64,000 nucleotides of DNA from contig CACNFA010000002.1 of assembly GCA_902619675.1 (NCBI GenBank), positions 11,847 to 75,846 on the forward strand, given 5' to 3'. The notes under the pieces are model-generated. The model saw only the letters and a program-made list of their open reading frames with translations, ran no database searches and had not been told where the DNA came from. Below, piece by piece: positions 20,820 through 32,903 of this stretch (the stretch's first letter is position 1; each line of letters starts with the position of its first letter). This DNA is from an uncultured Pelagibacteraceae bacterium. GTDB lineage: Bacteria > Pseudomonadota > Alphaproteobacteria > Pelagibacterales > Pelagibacteraceae. Position numbers and translations under genes: made by a program.

Positions 20820-21275
20820 TTAACTTAAAAGTTCTTTTAAAATTATACTTACTTTTGAGAAATCTAAACTATCTGCATGTTTGGATTTTAAGTTTCCCAT
20901 GATTTTTCCCATGTCCTTCATTGAGCTTGCTCCAAGGGATTTGATAGTTTCTTGGCATATTTTCTTAGTTTCTTCTTCGCCAAGTTGTTTAGGTAAAAAA
21001 CTGCTTATCACTTCAATCTCTTTTTGCTCACTCTCTAATAGTTCGTTTCGACCTGCTTTTTTATAAACTTGGCACGACTCATTTCTTTGTTTTATCATCT
21101 TTTTAAGCAATGAGACTATGTCGCTTTCTTTTAATTCTTTGTTTCCTTTTGAGCGCCCGGCTATTTCAGCATCTTTAATAGCTGAAACAACAAGTCTCAG
21201 TGTGGGATAAATGTTTTTATCTTTGGCTTTTAATGCGGAATTAAGCTTATCTTCAATTTTTTTTTTAAGAGACAT
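20820..21275 (-). CDS. GatB/YqeY domain protein
   Basis: KMIKQRNES, FLPKQL and GASSMKDMGKIM motifs; typical position upstream of dnaG. Confidence 0.9.
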   Translation of the reverse strand: MSLKKKIEDKLNSALKAKDKNIYPTLRLVVSAIKDAEIAGRSKGNKELKESDIVSLLKKMIKQRNESCQVYKKAGRNELLESEQKEIEVISSFLPKQLGEEETKKICQETIKSLGASSMKDMGKIMGNLKSKHADSLDFSKVSIILKELLS

Positions 21276-21326
21276 TGTAAGTTTTTATTTTAATCACAAT
21301 TCTTATCCAAAATAAAAAGAACTTTC

Positions 21327-21355
21327 TTGACGATTTTAAATCTATTTCATATGTT
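21327..21355 (+). promoter_or_regulatory. Putative sigma-70 promoter for carAB
   Basis: TTGACG-N17-TATGTT upstream of carA. Confidence 0.55.
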
Positions 21356-21397
21356 GCGCAAAATCATGTTTATAAGTTTTTTTCTTTAACTCATGAG

Positions 21398-22606
21398 TTG
21401 TATTTGAAGAAGATAAGTCAAAATATAAACTCAAAAAAAAATCTTCAAAAGATCGACTCCACTGCTATTTTAGTTCTCCAAAACGGTAAATTTTTTAAAG
21501 GCGTAGGCTTAGGCTACCAAGGTACGGCTACTGGTGAGGTGTGTTTTAATACTTCAATTACTGGTTACCAAGAAATAATTTCGGATCCTTCATATGCTGA
21601 TCAAATCATAAATTTTACTTTTCCTCACGTTGGAAATGTTGGAACCAATAAAGAAGATCATGAGTCTGAAAAGATTTGGACTAAAGGTGTAATAATTAAT
21701 ACTGAAATAACTGCTCCCTCAAATTATAGATCTCTAAAACATCTTGATGAATGGTTAAAGAAAAATAAAATTGTAGGTATAACCGGTATTGATACAAGAA
21801 ATTTAACTAATTTTATTAGAGAGAAAGGTGCTCCTAAAGGAACAATATCTTTTTACAACAAAAATAAATTGAATATAAAGAAACTCATTAAAATAACTAA
21901 TAAATGGAGTGGTCTGAAAAACTTAGATTTGGCTAAACAGGTTACCACTAAGAAGAATTATTTGTGGCAAGATTACAAAACCTGGAAAAAAGAAAATGGA
22001 TATTTAAAAAACAAAAAAAAGATATTGCATGTAGTTGCCATAGACTATGGAATTAAGAAAAATATTTTAAGATATTTTTCAGATTTTAATTGTAAAGTTA
22101 CAATTGTACCATGTAAGACAAGTTCAAACGATATTCTAAAACTGAACCCTGACGGTATATTTCTATCAAATGGGCCTGGAGATCCTGCTGCAACTGGGAA
22201 ATACGCCATTCCGATTATTCAAGATTTAATAAAAAAAAAATTACCATTATTTGGAATCTGTTTAGGTCATCAAATGCTAGCTTTAGCACTTGGTGCAAAG
22301 ACAGAAAAAATGAAATTAGGCCATAGAGGAGCTAACCACCCTGTTAAAAATTTAGTTGAGGGAAAGGTTGAAATCACAAGTCAGAATCATGGATTTGAAG
22401 TAGTAAAAAAAGGTATGCCTAAAAATATAAGAGTTACTCACCAATCTTTATTTGACAACAGTATTGAGGGTATCGAGTTAAAAAACAAACCTGTTTTCTC
22501 AGTTCAATATCATCCTGAATCCAACCCTGGTCCTCAAGATAGTGTTTATTTATTTAATAAGTTTGTAAAGAATATGAAAAAAAATGCCAAAAAGAAAAGA
22601 TATTAA
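21398..22606 (+). CDS. carA: Carbamoyl-phosphate synthase small subunit
   Basis: [25 protein letters not shown] and QYHPE motifs. The TTG start is uncertain. Confidence 0.96.
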   Translation: MYLKKISQNINSKKNLQKIDSTAILVLQNGKFFKGVGLGYQGTATGEVCFNTSITGYQEIISDPSYADQIINFTFPHVGNVGTNKEDHESEKIWTKGVIINTEITAPSNYRSLKHLDEWLKKNKIVGITGIDTRNLTNFIREKGAPKGTISFYNKNKLNIKKLIKITNKWSGLKNLDLAKQVTTKKNYLWQDYKTWKKENGYLKNKKKILHVVAIDYGIKKNILRYFSDFNCKVTIVPCKTSSNDILKLNPDGIFLSNGPGDPAATGKYAIPIIQDLIKKKLPLFGICLGHQMLALALGAKTEKMKLGHRGANHPVKNLVEGKVEITSQNHGFEVVKKGMPKNIRVTHQSLFDNSIEGIELKNKPVFSVQYHPESNPGPQDSVYLFNKFVKNMKKNAKKKRY

Positions 22607-25600
22607 AAAAATTTTAGTTGTCGGTGCAGGACCAATTATTATTGGCCAAGCTTGTGAATTTGACTATTCAGGCACTCAAGCCTGTAAAGCTTTGAAAGAT
22701 GAGGGTTTCAAAGTAATTCTCATAAATTCAAACCCAGCAACAATTATGACAGATCCAAATGTTGCTGATAAAACTTATATTGAACCTATTACAATAGAAT
22801 TTCTAGAAAAAATTCTTATCAAAGAAAAGCCTGATGCAATTTTGCCAACGATGGGTGGTCAAACAGCTTTAAATTTAGCAATGGAGGCAGAAAGAAAAGG
22901 AATTCTTAAAAAATATAAAATTGAACTTATAGGCGCTAACTCAAAAGCTATATCGAATGCTGAAGATAGAAAAAAATTTAGAAGAAACATGATTGAGATT
23001 GGTTTAGATCTTCCTAAATCGAAAATAGTAAATAATTTTAAACAATCTTCAAAGGTATTAAAACAAATCGGATTACCAGCGATTATAAGACCAGCTTTTA
23101 CTTTAGGTGGTTTAGGAGGTGGCATAGCCAAAAATAAAAAAGATTTTTATAAAATAATAAAAAATGGTCTTCACGAGTCGCCTGTTAATCAAGTATTAGT
23201 TGAGGAGTGTTTAGAGGGCTGGAAAGAATTTGAAATGGAAGTTGTCAGAGATAAAAATGACAATTGTATTATCATTTGCTCAATTGAGAATTTAGACCCC
23301 ATGGGTATTCATACTGGGGACTCAGTTACTGTCGCCCCAGCACTTACTTTAACTGACAAAGAGTATCAAGTCATGAGGAATGCCTCTATAGCTTGCTTAA
23401 GAAAAATTGGTGTAGAAACTGGCGGATCTAACGTGCAATTTGCGATAAATCCAAAAAATGGAAGAATGGTAATTATTGAAATGAATCCTAGGGTTTCAAG
23501 ATCATCAGCACTGGCTTCCAAAGCTACAGGATTTCCAATAGCAAAAGTAGCGGCCAAGTTAGCTGTAGGATACACTTTAGACGAATTAAAAAATGAAATC
23601 ACAAAAGTAACACCCGCATCTTTTGAGCCCACTATAGACTATGTTGTTACTAAAATACCAAGATTTACTTTTGAAAAATTCTCCTCTTCAGCTGCAATTT
23701 TAGGTACATCTATGAAATCAGTAGGAGAGGCAATGGCTATTGGAAGAAATTTTAAAGAGTCTCTTCAAAAAGCCTTGGTTTCTCTTGAAACGGGTTTTTC
23801 AGGGCTAGACCAAATATTTAATTTAAATAGTAAAGTGATCAGAAAAAAACTTAAGGAAAATATACCAAATAAGATTTTACTAGTTGGAGAAGCTATAAGA
23901 AAAAATATAAATTTAAAAGATATAAATAAACTTTCAAAAATTGATCCTTGGTTTTTAAATCAAATAAAAGAAATTATAGACAATGAAATTAAAATAAAGA
24001 AAAAAGGTCTTCCTAAAAATTTTAATGAGTTTAATTATATTAAGTCTATAGGATTTTCAGACAAAAAATTATCTGAACTTACAAATACTTCAGAATCAAT
24101 AATCAGAAAAAAAAGAGCTGTTTTAAAAGTTTTACCAGTTTATAAAAAAGTAGATACTTGTGCAGCAGAATTTAAATCTTTCACTCCTTATATGTATTCT
24201 ACCTATCAGAGAAATTTTTCCTCTAATTCAGAATGTGAAGCAGACCCATCTAACAGAAATAAAATTATAATACTTGGTGGTGGCCCTAATAGAATTGGTC
24301 AGGGAATAGAGTTTGATTATTGTTGTTGCCAAGCTAGTTTTGCTCTTAAGGAAGCTAGATATGAAACTATTATGGTTAATTGTAATCCAGAGACTGTCTC
24401 AACAGATTATGACACGAGCGACAGATTATATTTTGAGCCTTTAATAGATGAGTATGTTTTTAATATTTTAAAAAGAGAGAAATCAAAAGGTAATGTAAAA
24501 GGTATCATTACTCAATTTGGAGGACAAACTCCGATTAAACTTGCAAAATTTTTGCACGATAACAATCTTCCAATTTTAGGAACTCAATATTCATCAATTG
24601 ATCTTGCTGAAGATAGAGATAGATTTAGAAATCTTTTAGATAAATTAAATTTAAAACAAGCTGAAAGCGGTATAGCAAGAACTTTTTCTCAGGCAATTAA
24701 AATCGCAGAAAAGATTGGTTTACCTTTAATGGTTAGGCCATCTTATGTATTAGGTGGTAGAGCAATGGAAATTGTTCATGAAAAAAGCCAACTTAAAGAC
24801 TTTGTAAAAGAAGCATTTAAAGTTGCCGAAAAAAATCCGATCTTGATTGATAAATTTATTGATAATGCAATGGAAGTTGATGTTGATGCAATCTCGGATG
24901 GTAAAAATGTTTTTGTAGCAGGTATTATGCAACACATTGAAGAAGCAGGAATACACTCTGGCGACTCAGCATGTAGTTTGCCTCCTGTATCAATAAAACC
25001 TTTCTTAATAGAAGAAATTGAAAATCAAACAAAAAAATTGGCTTTAACACTTAAAGTCAAAGGTTTTATGAATGTTCAGTTTGCAATTAAAAAAGATGAA
25101 ATTTATGTAATTGAGGTAAATCCCAGAGCTAGTAGAACCGTACCATTTGTTTCAAAAGCAAAAAATTTACCTCTAGCTAAGATAGCCTCAAGAGTAATGG
25201 CGGGAGAGAAATTATCTAAGTTCAATTTGAAAAGAAAAACAAAAAATATGTTTGCAGTAAAGGAAGCGGTGTTTCCATTCAACAAATTTCCTAATAGCGA
25301 TCTTTTACTTGGACCAGAAATGAAATCTACAGGTGAAGTAATGGGTTTTGATAAAAATTTTGGAATGGCGTTTGCTAAAAGTCAAATTGCAGCTTCAAAC
25401 TCTCTTCCAAAAAAAGGTTTAGCATTTATTTCTTTAAAAAATAGTCATAAAGAAGAGGGAGTGCAATTAGCAAAACAATTAGTTAATTTAAATTTTAAAC
25501 TTTGTGGAACTGGGGGTACCGCTGATTACATAAGTAAGCATGGAATTAAGTGTAAAAAGATAAATAAAGTTAATCAAGGATCCCCACATATTGTGGACGT

Positions 25601-25808
25601 TCTTAATGCAAAAAAGATAGCTTTGGTAATCAATACTGGAGGGGGAAATAGTGAGGCCCAGCTTAGTGATGCAATTGCTTTAAGGAGGGCTACTTTAGCC
25701 AACAAAGTTCCGTATTGTACCAATATGTCCACGGCCAAAGTTTGTTTGGAGGGTATAAAATCTTTGAAATTAAAAAATATTAATGTGACTTCTTTGCAAG
25801 ATATCTAA
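22584..25808 (+). CDS. carB: Carbamoyl-phosphate synthase large subunit
   Basis: MPKRKDIKK start, [10 protein letters not shown], duplicated ATP-grasp domains and an MGS domain. Confidence 0.98.
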   Translation: MPKRKDIKKILVVGAGPIIIGQACEFDYSGTQACKALKDEGFKVILINSNPATIMTDPNVADKTYIEPITIEFLEKILIKEKPDAILPTMGGQTALNLAMEAERKGILKKYKIELIGANSKAISNAEDRKKFRRNMIEIGLDLPKSKIVNNFKQSSKVLKQIGLPAIIRPAFTLGGLGGGIAKNKKDFYKIIKNGLHESPVNQVLVEECLEGWKEFEMEVVRDKNDNCIIICSIENLDPMGIHTGDSVTVAPALTLTDKEYQVMRNASIACLRKIGVETGGSNVQFAINPKNGRMVIIEMNPRVSRSSALASKATGFPIAKVAAKLAVGYTLDELKNEITKVTPASFEPTIDYVVTKIPRFTFEKFSSSAAILGTSMKSVGEAMAIGRNFKESLQKALVSLETGFSGLDQIFNLNSKVIRKKLKENIPNKILLVGEAIRKNINLKDINKLSKIDPWFLNQIKEIIDNEIKIKKKGLPKNFNEFNYIKSIGFSDKKLSELTNTSESIIRKKRAVLKVLPVYKKVDTCAAEFKSFTPYMYSTYQRNFSSNSECEADPSNRNKIIILGGGPNRIGQGIEFDYCCCQASFALKEARYETIMVNCNPETVSTDYDTSDRLYFEPLIDEYVFNILKREKSKGNVKGIITQFGGQTPIKLAKFLHDNNLPILGTQYSSIDLAEDRDRFRNLLDKLNLKQAESGIARTFSQAIKIAEKIGLPLMVRPSYVLGGRAMEIVHEKSQLKDFVKEAFKVAEKNPILIDKFIDNAMEVDVDAISDGKNVFVAGIMQHIEEAGIHSGDSACSLPPVSIKPFLIEEIENQTKKLALTLKVKGFMNVQFAIKKDEIYVIEVNPRASRTVPFVSKAKNLPLAKIASRVMAGEKLSKFNLKRKTKNMFAVKEAVFPFNKFPNSDLLLGPEMKSTGEVMGFDKNFGMAFAKSQIAASNSLPKKGLAFISLKNSHKEEGVQLAKQLVNLNFKLCGTGGTADYISKHGIKCKKINKVNQGSPHIVDVLNAKKIALVINTGGGNSEAQLSDAIALRRATLANKVPYCTNMSTAKVCLEGIKSLKLKNINVTSLQDI

Positions 25809-26470
25809 CTTTTTACTTTCCAGTCAGTCTTAAAAGTTACGTAGTTTATTTGAATACATCTTCTCTCTTTTTTAATCTCTTTTTTTTCCATTCCATGCCA
25901 AGTGTTTGGTCCACTAGTAAAGAAGTATCCATAATTATGTTTGTAGGGAACTGTTTTAACTTTATTTAATTTTGAATCATAAAAGTCAGTTCCTAAATTT
26001 TCTGACTCGTTATGTACGTTAACAAAAACTATTGAGGACATTAATTTCTCTTCTATATCACAATGAGGTTTCAGCCAAAAACCTTCTCGATCACAAATCA
26101 CCTCTAGTCTTACGTAAGAATTACTTAAATCTTTTCCAATTAAAAATCCAATTTTTTTATAAACTTCAGGTGATCTTAATTCTTCAATAAATTTTGTTAA
26201 GTTTGGAAACTGATTAGAGTTATCTTTAGTAACATAACATCTTAATTTTTTTGCTTTTCCGCCATCTTTAATTCCAGCGCGAAAGGTTCCTTCTCCTCCA
26301 TCAAGAGCTCTAGTTCCATCATAATTTAAATTTTGTTTTCTAGGATCAGCTATTTCAGCATTACAAATTTCATCGATTGCACTTTGTGTTAGCGGTTCGT
26401 TAATTTCAAAGTGTTTGAAAGGGTTGCTGAATAATTTCGTTCTACTTTCTAAAGATTTAAATAATTCCAT
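25805..26470 (-). CDS. 2OG-Fe(II) oxygenase family protein, unknown substrate
   Basis: HxD (PHCD), distal His (TWHGM) and a conserved Arg (RRCIQINY). Confidence 0.75.
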   Translation of the reverse strand: MELFKSLESRTKLFSNPFKHFEINEPLTQSAIDEICNAEIADPRKQNLNYDGTRALDGGEGTFRAGIKDGGKAKKLRCYVTKDNSNQFPNLTKFIEELRSPEVYKKIGFLIGKDLSNSYVRLEVICDREGFWLKPHCDIEEKLMSSIVFVNVHNESENLGTDFYDSKLNKVKTVPYKHNYGYFFTSGPNTWHGMEKKEIKKERRCIQINYVTFKTDWKVKS

Positions 26471-27410
26471 TTTTTTTCATTTTTGCTTTTACTATTGGAG
26501 CAATTCTATTTACCTCATTTAAACTATTATAGCTCCAACTTTCAACTCTATCTTCAAGTTCTCTTGTTATACCTAAATCTTTCAATTGTGAATAAAATTT
26601 TTTAAATCTTCTCGTTGGCTTAAAAGACTTCATCATAGCGATATAAACAGGTTTTCCAGTCATAGCAGCCTCTGAAATCATTGACGTTGAGTCGCATGTT
26701 ACAACTATATAATCTGAAATCGCTAAAGCAGAAAGATATGCCTTTTTATCAATTTTTTTTACTACGTGATGATTAAAATTAAAAGTATTAAAGGCTATTT
26801 TTAAAATATTTTCAGGAGTCCGATAGGAAGGAATTACAATAATTTTAAATTTATCTGGAGTAAATAAAGTCTTTACCTTGTTAAAAAGATTGTGAATTTG
26901 TTTTTCTGAATAATTATAATATTTGTTCGGGCCCCCGATTATAAATGCTACTAACTCTCTTCTTTTATCTTTTTCTACTTCAAGATACTTAGAATTATCA
27001 TTAATTTCTTTTTTACTTAAATAATGAATAGCGCCAATAGTATTAATTATATTTTCACCTTTTATGTTATCGTGTTCTGGACTTACTATAAGATCAAAAT
27101 GTTGAAAAGAAACTTTAGGGTCTTGTATATGTATGTTAAAAATTTGGTTTCCCAATCTTTTTTTTAAAGCAATTGAGGGTATAACGCTTTTTCTTCCACA
27201 AGATATAATGACTTTACAGTCACAAACGAATTTGCTTTTTACTAAATTTTCTGAGATTGGGCTTATTTTTGGAGGGAAAAAATTCCAAAAAGATTTTAAT
27301 TCAATTTTTTGATGTTTATAACTTAGGCCCAAAGCTTTGGCTAATCCTTCAACTTGGCTTACCATGCCGTGCATACCTTGCGTTAAAAGAAGTGCTTTTA
27401 ATTCCAACAT
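26457..27410 (-). CDS. ELM1/GtrOC1 family putative glycosyltransferase-like protein
   Basis: GMVSQVEGLA, IHIQDP, FDLIVSPEHD, IGG and VVTCDSTSMISEA motifs. Confidence 0.8.
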   Translation of the reverse strand: MLELKALLLTQGMHGMVSQVEGLAKALGLSYKHQKIELKSFWNFFPPKISPISENLVKSKFVCDCKVIISCGRKSVIPSIALKKRLGNQIFNIHIQDPKVSFQHFDLIVSPEHDNIKGENIINTIGAIHYLSKKEINDNSKYLEVEKDKRRELVAFIIGGPNKYYNYSEKQIHNLFNKVKTLFTPDKFKIIVIPSYRTPENILKIAFNTFNFNHHVVKKIDKKAYLSALAISDYIVVTCDSTSMISEAAMTGKPVYIAMMKSFKPTRRFKKFYSQLKDLGITRELEDRVESWSYNSLNEVNRIAPIVKAKMKKNGII

Positions 27411-27433
27411 TAGTTACTATATACCCTAACAAT

Positions 27434-28384
27434 ATGAATAATAAATCAACAAAACATACAAAAGTGTTAATTCTTGGATCAGGACCCGCTGGTTATACCG
27501 CAGCTATTTATGCAGCTAGAGCTATGCTTAAACCGATACTTGTTCATGGTTCTCAGCCTGGAGGTCAATTGACTACTACTACTGATGTCGAGAATTACCC
27601 TGGATACTCAAAAGTGATTCAAGGGCCATGGCTTATGGATGAAATGAAAGGCCAAGCTGAGGCTGTAGGAACAGAAATGATACAAGATCATATAAGGAAA
27701 GTTGACTTAACAAAAAAACCTTTTACAGCAACAGGTGAAAGTGGCCAGGTTTACACAGCAGATAGTTTTATAATTTCAACAGGAGCACAAGCAAGATGGT
27801 TAAATTTAAAATCTGAACAAGAGTTTAGAGGATTTGGAGTTTCAGCCTGTGCTACTTGTGATGGTTTTTTCTTTAAAGAAAAAGAAGTAGCTGTAGTTGG
27901 TGGAGGTAATGCTGCTGTTGAAGAAGCAATGTTTCTCACTAAATTTGCTTCAAAGGTTTATTTAATACATAGAAGAAATGAATTGAGAGCAGAAAAAATG
28001 CTTCAAGCAAAATTAAAATCTAATAAAAAAATAGAAATTATTTGGGATACAGTTGTTGAAGATGTTGTTGGCACTAAAGAGCCTAAAACTGTAAATGCTT
28101 TAAAAGTTAAAAATGTAAAAGACAATAAAGTAAAAGATCTTAAAGTTGATGGTTTATTTATTGCGATAGGCCATGATCCAGCAACATCTTTATTTAAAGA
28201 TCAATTGAAAATGGATAAAGAAGGATATTTAATAACAAAACCTGACTCTACAGAAACTAATATACCAGGAGTTTTTGCTGCAGGTGATGTAAAAGATAAA
28301 ATTTTTAGACAAGCTGTTACTGCTGCTGGAATGGGTTGTATGTCAGCGCTTGAAGCTGAAAAATATTTATCAGGGTCTAATTAA
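27434..28384 (+). CDS. trxB: Thioredoxin reductase
   Basis: GSGPAGYTA, CATCDG, GGGNAA and FAAGDV motifs. The real start is probably the ATG at 27434 (MNNKST), not 27257. Confidence 0.97.
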   Translation: MNNKSTKHTKVLILGSGPAGYTAAIYAARAMLKPILVHGSQPGGQLTTTTDVENYPGYSKVIQGPWLMDEMKGQAEAVGTEMIQDHIRKVDLTKKPFTATGESGQVYTADSFIISTGAQARWLNLKSEQEFRGFGVSACATCDGFFFKEKEVAVVGGGNAAVEEAMFLTKFASKVYLIHRRNELRAEKMLQAKLKSNKKIEIIWDTVVEDVVGTKEPKTVNALKVKNVKDNKVKDLKVDGLFIAIGHDPATSLFKDQLKMDKEGYLITKPDSTETNIPGVFAAGDVKDKIFRQAVTAAGMGCMSALEAEKYLSGSN

Positions 28385-29564
28385 GGCTTTCACAAAAAGT
28401 TTTTATCCTTTCCATTGCTTTTTTTAGATTATCCATTGAAGTTGCATAAGAAATTCTAAAATAACCTTGTAAACCAAAAGCAGATCCTTGTACTACAGCA
28501 ACTTCAGCTTTTTCCAATAATTTTTCTACGAAGTCTTTGTCAGTTTTAAGTTTTGTTTTCTTGTTTAACAATTTTTTACAATTAGGAAATACATAAAATG
28601 CTCCCTCCGGGCTTAAACAACTGATGCCTTTTATTTTATTTAAACTATCGACTACAAAATTTCTTCTTTCTTTAAAAGAGTTTGATCTTTTAGAGATAAA
28701 GTCTTGTGTTCCATTCAGAGCTTCTACGGCGGCAGCTTGACTTATTGACGTTGGATTACTTGTAGATTGTGATTGAATTTTTGCCATCGCTTTAATTATT
28801 TCTTTTGGACCAGCCGCATATCCTATTCTCCAGCCAGTCATAGAATAAGATTTGCTTACCCCATTCATAGTCAAAGTTCTACTTTTTAATTTCTCTATTT
28901 GTGCAATAGTAAAAAATTTAAAATTGTCGTAAGTAATATGTTCATAAATATCATCGCTTAAAATATATAAATTTTTATATTTTATTAAAATCTTCGATAA
29001 AGCTATTATCTCATCTTTGGTATAACCAGAACCTGTAGGATTAGATGGAGAGTTTATAATTATCCACTTTGTTTTTTTTGAAACTGCTTTTATTAATTTT
29101 TCTGGTGTTAACTTAAAATTATTTTTTTCATCACACTTTATTATTTTGGGTTTTCCCCCAGCTAACAAAACAATGTCGGGATAAGAAACCCAATAAGGAG
29201 CTGGAATAATTACCTCGTCACCTTTATTTATGGTTGCCATAAAAGCATTGTATAAAACTTGCTTTCCTCCAGTGCCGACTGATATTTGATCAAGCTCATA
29301 TGATAAATCATTTTCTCTAGAAAACTTTGCTTGGATGGCTTTTTTTAAAGCTGGGGTTCCATCCACTGCAGTATATTTTGTATCGCCTTTTCTTATGGCT
29401 TCTATTGCTGCTTCCTTAATATTATCTGGAGTATCAAAATCAGGCTCTCCAGCCCCTAAACCGATAACATCCTTTCCAGCGGCTCTCATTTCCCTGGCTT
29501 TTGAGGTAACTGCTATTGTAGGCGACGGTTTTATACGTTTTAAACTATTGGAAACTATGCTCAT
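28377..29564 (-). CDS. aatA: Aspartate aminotransferase (class I, PLP)
   Basis: GEPDFDTP, NSPSNPTG, DDIYE and SKSYSMTGWRIG motifs. Confidence 0.92.
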   Translation of the reverse strand: MSIVSNSLKRIKPSPTIAVTSKAREMRAAGKDVIGLGAGEPDFDTPDNIKEAAIEAIRKGDTKYTAVDGTPALKKAIQAKFSRENDLSYELDQISVGTGGKQVLYNAFMATINKGDEVIIPAPYWVSYPDIVLLAGGKPKIIKCDEKNNFKLTPEKLIKAVSKKTKWIIINSPSNPTGSGYTKDEIIALSKILIKYKNLYILSDDIYEHITYDNFKFFTIAQIEKLKSRTLTMNGVSKSYSMTGWRIGYAAGPKEIIKAMAKIQSQSTSNPTSISQAAAVEALNGTQDFISKRSNSFKERRNFVVDSLNKIKGISCLSPEGAFYVFPNCKKLLNKKTKLKTDKDFVEKLLEKAEVAVVQGSAFGLQGYFRISYATSMDNLKKAMERIKTFCESLN

Positions 29565-29602
29565 TGAAATTTATAATATAATTATTTTATTATTAACACA
29601 AA

Positions 29603-31774
29603 ATGCAAAATACTTATCAAGAAAAATTAGCTGATCTAGAAGTTAATAACTCGAAAAAAATTAAGAAGTTAGAGGGAGGAATTAACTTTAAAATCAAAAG
29701 TGATTTTCAACCTAGCGGTGACCAACCAGAGGCCATAAAGCAAATATTAAAAAACTTAAAAGATAAAAAACAAGAACAAGTTCTTTTGGGGGTCACGGGA
29801 TCAGGTAAAACTTTTACAATGGCAAAAGTTATAGAAAAGGCTAATAGACCAGCTTTAATTCTAGCACCAAATAAAACTTTAGCTGCTCAATTGTACGGTG
29901 AGTTTAAAAGTTTTTTTCCAGATAATGCTGTAGAATATTTTGTATCATATTACGATTACTACACTCCAGAAGCATACGTTCCTAGATCTGATACTTATAT
30001 AGAAAAAGAGGCTTCAATTAATGAACAAATTGATCGTATGAGGCATTCGGCAACAAGATCCTTATTGGAAAGAGATGATGTAATTATTGTAGCAAGTGTA
30101 TCATGTATTTATGGTTTAGGTTCTGTTGAGGCTTACTCAAAAATGACTATTACTTTAAAGAAAAATTATGAATACGAGCGAGATGATTTAATTAGAGCAT
30201 TTATAAACTTACAGTACAAAAGAAATGATCAAAATTTTTTTAGAGGGACATTTAGAGTAAGAGGAGAAAATTTAGAGATCTTTCCATCACACTTAGAAGA
30301 TAGAGCATGGAGAATAAGTTTTAATTTAAATAAATTAGAAAAAATTGAAGAATTTGACCCGCTTACTGGAGATAAGACAAACGATTACTCAATTATAAAA
30401 ATTTATGCTAATAGTCATTACATAACTCCTAAGCCTACTATCGAGCAAGCAATCAGACAAATTAAATCTGAGTTAGCTGAGACTTTAAAAAAACACAGAG
30501 AAAATAATAAACTTTTAGAAGAACAAAGGTTAAGAGAACGAACTAAGTTTGATCTAGAAATGATTGAAGCTACCGGAACTTGTGCAGGGATTGAAAATTA
30601 TTCAAGATTTTTATCAGGAAGAAAAGCTGGTGAACCACCTCCCACTCTGTTTGAGTATTTTCCAGATAATGCGATTATATTTGTAGACGAAAGTCACGTG
30701 ACTGTTCCTCAATTAAATGGAATGTATAAAGGTGACCGTACAAGAAAAAGCACATTAGCCGAATATGGGTTTAGACTCCCTTCATGTATGGATAATAGAC
30801 CTTTAAAATTTGAGGAGTGGGATTTAATGAGAACACAAACTGTTTTTGTCTCTGCTACTCCAGGACCTTGGGAGTTAAAACAAACAAGTAATAAATATAT
30901 TGACCAGATCATTAGGCCAACTGGTTTAATAGACCCACCAGTTGAAATAAGGCCAGCTAAAACTCAAGTTGATGATCTAATGCATGAGGCAAAAGAGATT
31001 GTAAAAAAAGGATATAGAGTTCTTGCAACAACGCTGACAAAAAAGATGGCTGAAGATCTAACAGAATATCTTCATGAAAATGGTCTTAAAGTAAGATATA
31101 TGCACTCTGATATTGATACTCTTGAAAGAATTGAGATCATAAGAGATTTGAGAATGGGGGTATTTGATATTCTAGTAGGAATTAATTTGTTGAGAGAGGG
31201 ATTGGATATTCCAGAATGTGCTTTGGTAGCAATTTTAGATGCTGATAAAGAGGGATTTTTGAGATCTGAAACTTCTTTAATTCAAACAATTGGGAGAGCA
31301 GCACGAAATGTTGATGGTAAAGTTATTCTATATGCTGATAAAGTCACAAAGAGCATTGAAAAAGCAATTAAGGAAACAGACAGAAGGAGAAATAAACAAT
31401 TAGAATACAATAAGAAAAATGGAATAACTGCTGAGTCAGTAAAAAAAGAGATAAGTGATATTTTAGAGTCTGTTTATGAAAAAGATTACGTTAAAATTAG
31501 TGAGGGCTCAAACGTAGGTGGAAACTTAAAAAAACATCTTAAAGCTTTAAACAGAAAAATGAAGGAGGCTGCATCTAATTTAGAATTTGAGGAGGCTGCT
31601 AAACTAAGGGATGAAATGAGAAAACTAGAAGCTAGTGAACTTGAAATAACTTTAAATCCTAAAATATCTCAATATAATTTAAAGAGTAAAGTTTATCCAA
31701 AAGGAAGATCGACTATGGGTATGCCTGGCACAAAACCAAGAAAAGCTATAAAAAAATGGAAGCCAAAAAAATAA
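29603..31774 (+). CDS. uvrB: Excinuclease ABC subunit B
   Basis: [27 protein letters not shown] and a UVR domain. Confidence 0.98.
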   Translation: MQNTYQEKLADLEVNNSKKIKKLEGGINFKIKSDFQPSGDQPEAIKQILKNLKDKKQEQVLLGVTGSGKTFTMAKVIEKANRPALILAPNKTLAAQLYGEFKSFFPDNAVEYFVSYYDYYTPEAYVPRSDTYIEKEASINEQIDRMRHSATRSLLERDDVIIVASVSCIYGLGSVEAYSKMTITLKKNYEYERDDLIRAFINLQYKRNDQNFFRGTFRVRGENLEIFPSHLEDRAWRISFNLNKLEKIEEFDPLTGDKTNDYSIIKIYANSHYITPKPTIEQAIRQIKSELAETLKKHRENNKLLEEQRLRERTKFDLEMIEATGTCAGIENYSRFLSGRKAGEPPPTLFEYFPDNAIIFVDESHVTVPQLNGMYKGDRTRKSTLAEYGFRLPSCMDNRPLKFEEWDLMRTQTVFVSATPGPWELKQTSNKYIDQIIRPTGLIDPPVEIRPAKTQVDDLMHEAKEIVKKGYRVLATTLTKKMAEDLTEYLHENGLKVRYMHSDIDTLERIEIIRDLRMGVFDILVGINLLREGLDIPECALVAILDADKEGFLRSETSLIQTIGRAARNVDGKVILYADKVTKSIEKAIKETDRRRNKQLEYNKKNGITAESVKKEISDILESVYEKDYVKISEGSNVGGNLKKHLKALNRKMKEAASNLEFEEAAKLRDEMRKLEASELEITLNPKISQYNLKSKVYPKGRSTMGMPGTKPRKAIKKWKPKK

Positions 31775-32511
31775 TCATCACTGGTGGAGCTACTAGAATA
31801 GGATCTGCAATCGCTAAAAGTTTAGTAAGCTTTGAAGCAAAAATAGGTATCCACTTCAACAAATCTAAAAGAAGCGCTTTAAAATTAAAAAAAGAACTAG
31901 AGGAACTTGGGGCTGAAGCATACTTATTTAAAGCTGATTTAAATAACCTTAAACAAACAGAAACTTTAATAAAAAAAGCTCATAAAACTCTGAAAGGATT
32001 AGATTGTTTAATTAATAATGCTTCTATTTTTGAAAACGATAATCTTGAAAATTTTTCTGAAAAATCCTTTACAAAACATATGAATATCAACTTAAAAGCA
32101 CCAGCAATCTTAACACAAAATTTTAAAAAATTAATTAAAGACAAAGAAGGATGTATAATCAATATCATTGATCAAAGAGTTGAAAAATTAACTCCTTTTT
32201 TTTTCTCTTACACTTTAAGCAAGTCTTCATTAGCCACTTTTACAAAAACATCAGCCATGAAATTGGCGCCAAATATAAGAGTGAATGGCATCTCACCCGG
32301 GCCAACTTTAAAAAACAAAAGACAATCTGAAACACATTTCAAAAAACAATGGAAATCTACCCTCTTAAGAAAAAAAGTGGATTTAGATAACATATGTAAT
32401 GGAATAAAGTTTTTTATTGAAAATGAGAGTATAACGGGAGAAATAATAAATATTGATAGTGGGCAAAGACTTGCTTGGCAGACACCAGATATTATTAATA
32501 CGAAAGAATGA
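31756..32511 (+). CDS. SDR family oxidoreductase, pteridine reductase (FolM/PTR1)-like
   Basis: [23 protein letters not shown] and GISPGP motifs; adjacent to folB. Confidence 0.8.
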   Translation: MEAKKIIITGGATRIGSAIAKSLVSFEAKIGIHFNKSKRSALKLKKELEELGAEAYLFKADLNNLKQTETLIKKAHKTLKGLDCLINNASIFENDNLENFSEKSFTKHMNINLKAPAILTQNFKKLIKDKEGCIINIIDQRVEKLTPFFFSYTLSKSSLATFTKTSAMKLAPNIRVNGISPGPTLKNKRQSETHFKKQWKSTLLRKKVDLDNICNGIKFFIENESITGEIINIDSGQRLAWQTPDIINTKE

Positions 32512-32903
32512 AAATAATTAAATTCAAGAAAAAAGAAAAATTTAAATATAAAAGAAAAGTAATTATAAAAGATCTAATTTTAAATATTTCTATTGGAATA
32601 CATAATTTTGAAAAAAAAAGAAGGCAAAGAGTAAAATTTAATATTGAAATTTTGACAAATCCATATGTAATTCCGAATAACAAAGATTTGAATTCTATTC
32701 TTAATTACGAGGAAATTGTTAATAGAATAGATAATATTACTCATCTAAAACATCATGAGTTACTTGAAGACTTAGCAGAAAATATTTTAAATATGATATT
32801 TAAAAGTAAACTTGTTAAAAGGGTAAATCTTAAAATAGAAAAGTTAGATATCTTAAAGAAAACCAAATCTGTTGGTATCGAGGTATCAAAATCAAAAGTA
32901 TGA
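32508..32903 (+). CDS. folB: Dihydroneopterin aldolase
   Basis: [16 protein letters not shown] and LLEDLAE; tunnel-fold signature. Confidence 0.85.
   Translation: MKIIKFKKKEKFKYKRKVIIKDLILNISIGIHNFEKKRRQRVKFNIEILTNPYVIPNNKDLNSILNYEEIVNRIDNITHLKHHELLEDLAENILNMIFKSKLVKRVNLKIEKLDILKKTKSVGIEVSKSKV

Noticed and set aside
27257-27433. N-terminal extension of trxB in the ORF track
   Set aside because: It overlaps the divergent ELM1-like gene and shows no TrxB homology; the ATG at 27434 fits better.
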